From Escherichia coli (GTDB lineage: Bacteria; Pseudomonadota; Gammaproteobacteria; Enterobacterales; Enterobacteriaceae): a DNA stretch of 64,000 bases. Shown here piece by piece: positions 62,202-64,000 of this stretch. The position numbers and the translations under genes are program-made. The stretch lies in NCBI RefSeq assembly GCF_003991155.1, contig NZ_CP031293.1; one strand, 5' to 3'. Under the pieces are notes generated by a model that saw only the letters and a list, made by a program, of their open reading frames with translations, did no database searches and was not told where the DNA came from. Numbering within the stretch: position 1 is the first letter of the stretch; each line of letters begins with the position of its first letter.

Positions 62202-62900
62202 TTACTCGCCCTGTTGGCGTTGCAGTCTTGCTAATACATCCTGGGCGCTACTTTTATTGCTACCGCCAATTCCGGCTTCCGCCAGCTTTTCATCGAGATC
62301 GCGACCGTCTGCGACTTTTTCCAACTGTGCGGCAGCATCCAGGCGAGCCTGACGTTCGGCCTGACGCGTTTGCAGGCGTTTTAAGGATTCTGCCGCTGTC
62401 GAAACGCTGGAAGATGCGCCAACGGTAGAGGTCGTTACAGCCTGTTGTGCACGCTGCATGGCTTCAGTGGCTTTAACGACTTCCATTTGCTGCTCAAACT
62501 GAGCGATACGCTGCGCTGTCGCTGTAACTGCTTTTTCCACGCCATCACGAGAGACTTCCAGATTCGACAACACTTGCTCTTCAGCGGTAATGAGATTCTC
62601 AAGGCGCGCGATTTCTTCAGCAACTTCGTTAATCAACGACGGATTCACGTTCTTGCTTAACGCTTCCAGCGCACGAGCTTCCAGACTGGCTTTGCGCTCA
62701 CGTAAATCTTTCAGCTTATCGTGACTTAATTTCACTCGCGCCAGCAGATCAACGCGAGATTTTCCGGCTTTATCGAGTTCAGCTTTAGCGTCACGAATAT
62801 GCTGTTCCAGCATGCGCACGCCCTGGGTTTCTTCAATGGACTCTTCCGCCTGGGAGATAAACGATTTCCCCAGCGTAAATAAACTTTTTAAAATCCCCAT
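62202..62900 (-). CDS. yjfJ: PspA/IM30-family coiled-coil protein YjfJ (232 aa)
   Basis: Translation MGILKSLFTLGKSFISQAEESIEETQGVRMLEQHIRDAKAEL... heptad-rich. Confidence 0.88.
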   Translation of the reverse strand: MGILKSLFTLGKSFISQAEESIEETQGVRMLEQHIRDAKAELDKAGKSRVDLLARVKLSHDKLKDLRERKASLEARALEALSKNVNPSLINEVAEEIARLENLITAEEQVLSNLEVSRDGVEKAVTATAQRIAQFEQQMEVVKATEAMQRAQQAVTTSTVGASSSVSTAAESLKRLQTRQAERQARLDAAAQLEKVADGRDLDEKLAEAGIGGSNKSSAQDVLARLQRQQGE

Positions 62901-62918
62901 AAATACCCGTCCTTGTAA

Positions 62919-63320
62919 TTAGTGTGAATATTCTTCTGTAATTTCAGCCAGATCCAATGCGTTATCTACCAGCGAGGTTATCTCAAGCAGAATATCTTCA
63001 AGAGAAGATTTAAGCGATAACGCACCGAAAACAATGTAATACTCTTCCTGTTGCACGCTGGAGATCCCTACCGATGACAACGGCATCATCTTCTGATTTC
63101 TTAATAAGAAGGTATTAAATTCATCTGGATTGCTGATACTACTTACCGGACAAATAAAGGTTTCGATAATCATTTGGCGGGAAGTAAATAGAATATTGAT
63201 TTGCAAATCGCCATAATCATTCATTTTAATAATTAATGCGTTCTCGCTATTTGTTACATCAATATTTTGTTCAGGTACAGTTTGCAGCGCCGTCGCCAGC
63301 GCCAACGGATTCCATGTCAT
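62919..63320 (-). CDS. yjfI: DUF2170 protein YjfI (133 aa)
   Basis: Translation MTWNPLALATALQTVPEQNIDVTNSENALIIKMNDYGDLQ... Confidence 0.85.
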   Translation of the reverse strand: MTWNPLALATALQTVPEQNIDVTNSENALIIKMNDYGDLQINILFTSRQMIIETFICPVSSISNPDEFNTFLLRNQKMMPLSSVGISSVQQEEYYIVFGALSLKSSLEDILLEITSLVDNALDLAEITEEYSH

Positions 63321-63399
63321 ATATTATTCCATATAAATTAAGTTTAAATATTAATAAAATGAATATTTGCAGTACGTAATTATCTTACCAGCTATAGAC

Positions 63400-63432
63400 A
63401 AAAAAAAACCATCCAAATCTGGATGGCTTTTC
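63400..63432 (-). terminator. Rho-independent terminator downstream of rlmB (stem CCATCCA-AATC-TGGATGG with U-run on minus strand)
   Basis: Read directly; A9 run on plus strand equals U-run for minus-strand transcript. Confidence 0.75.
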
Positions 63433-63446
63433 ATAATTCCGAGAAA

Positions 63447-64000
63447 TTAGCTACGCTGGCGTACCGCTTCAAATAAGCAAATGCCTGTCGCCACAGAAAC
63501 GTTCAGCGAAGAAACACTTCCTGCCATGGGGATGCTGATCAACTCATCGCAATGTTCACGGGTCAGGCGACGCATGCCTTCACCTTCTGCGCCCATCACC
63601 AGTGCCAGCCGTCCGGTCATTTTGCTCTGATAGAGTGTATGATCCGCCTCGCCTGCCGTACCGACGATCCAGATATTCTCTTCCTGCAACATACGCATGG
63701 TGCGCGCCAGATTAGTCACCCGAATCAGCGGAACGCTTTCTGCCGCACCACAGGCCACTTTTTTCGCCGTGGCGTTGAGCTGTGCGGAGCGATCTTTCGG
63801 CACAATCACCGCATGAACACCAGCGGCGTCCGCGCTACGCAGGCACGCGCCGAGGTTGTGCGGATCGGTTACGCCGTCGAGGATCAGCAGGAACGGTTGA
63901 TCGAGCGAAGCGATCAGATCCGGCAGATCGTTTTCCTGATACTGCCGTCCTGGCTTCACACGAGCGATAATGCCCTGATGCACGGCACCGTCGCTTTTCT
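63447..64000 (-). CDS. rlmB: 23S rRNA (guanosine2251-2'-O)-methyltransferase, C-terminal part (5' end outside window)
   Basis: Translation ...[50 protein letters not shown]... SpoU/TrmH motifs; frame open to window edge. Confidence 0.92.
   Translation of the reverse strand, partial: KSDGAVHQGIIARVKPGRQYQENDLPDLIASLDQPFLLILDGVTDPHNLGACLRSADAAGVHAVIVPKDRSAQLNATAKKVACGAAESVPLIRVTNLARTMRMLQEENIWIVGTAGEADHTLYQSKMTGRLALVMGAEGEGMRRLTREHCDELISIPMAGSVSSLNVSVATGICLFEAVRQRS

Overview
The window is a contiguous stretch of Escherichia coli chromosome, reverse-complemented relative to the K-12 map, running treB-treC-nrdDG ... rpsF-priB-rpsR-rplI ... ulaABCDEF/ulaG/ulaR ... aidB-yjfCMLKJI-rlmB. Gene identities come from reading the supplied ORF translations against remembered K-12 proteins; no database search was run. 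Most of the window is well-known core genome. Start codons were refined by eye using RBS spacing and K-12 protein lengths. The main find is a roughly 9.8 kb accessory locus (37003-46800) between ytfB and rplI: a divergent TetR-family regulator plus a tightly coupled eight-gene plus-strand operon encoding an SDR dehydrogenase, a xylose-isomerase-like TIM-barrel enzyme, a crotonase-fold enzyme, a YdiF-like CoA-transferase, a 693-aa FrdA/SdhA-like flavoprotein and a TRAP transporter (DctQ/DctM/DctP). This looks like an uncharacterised CoA-dependent organic-acid catabolic module; from memory K-12 carries only yjfZ and the ytfA fragment at this position. A second accessory feature is a RelB/RelE-like toxin-antitoxin pair wedged between nrdG and an intact cybC. 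Also noted are regulatory motifs upstream of nrdD and ytfE, several REP/BIME repeats, and the poorly studied PspA-like yjfIJKLMC cluster. No rRNA, tRNA, CRISPR array, IS element or integrase was seen.
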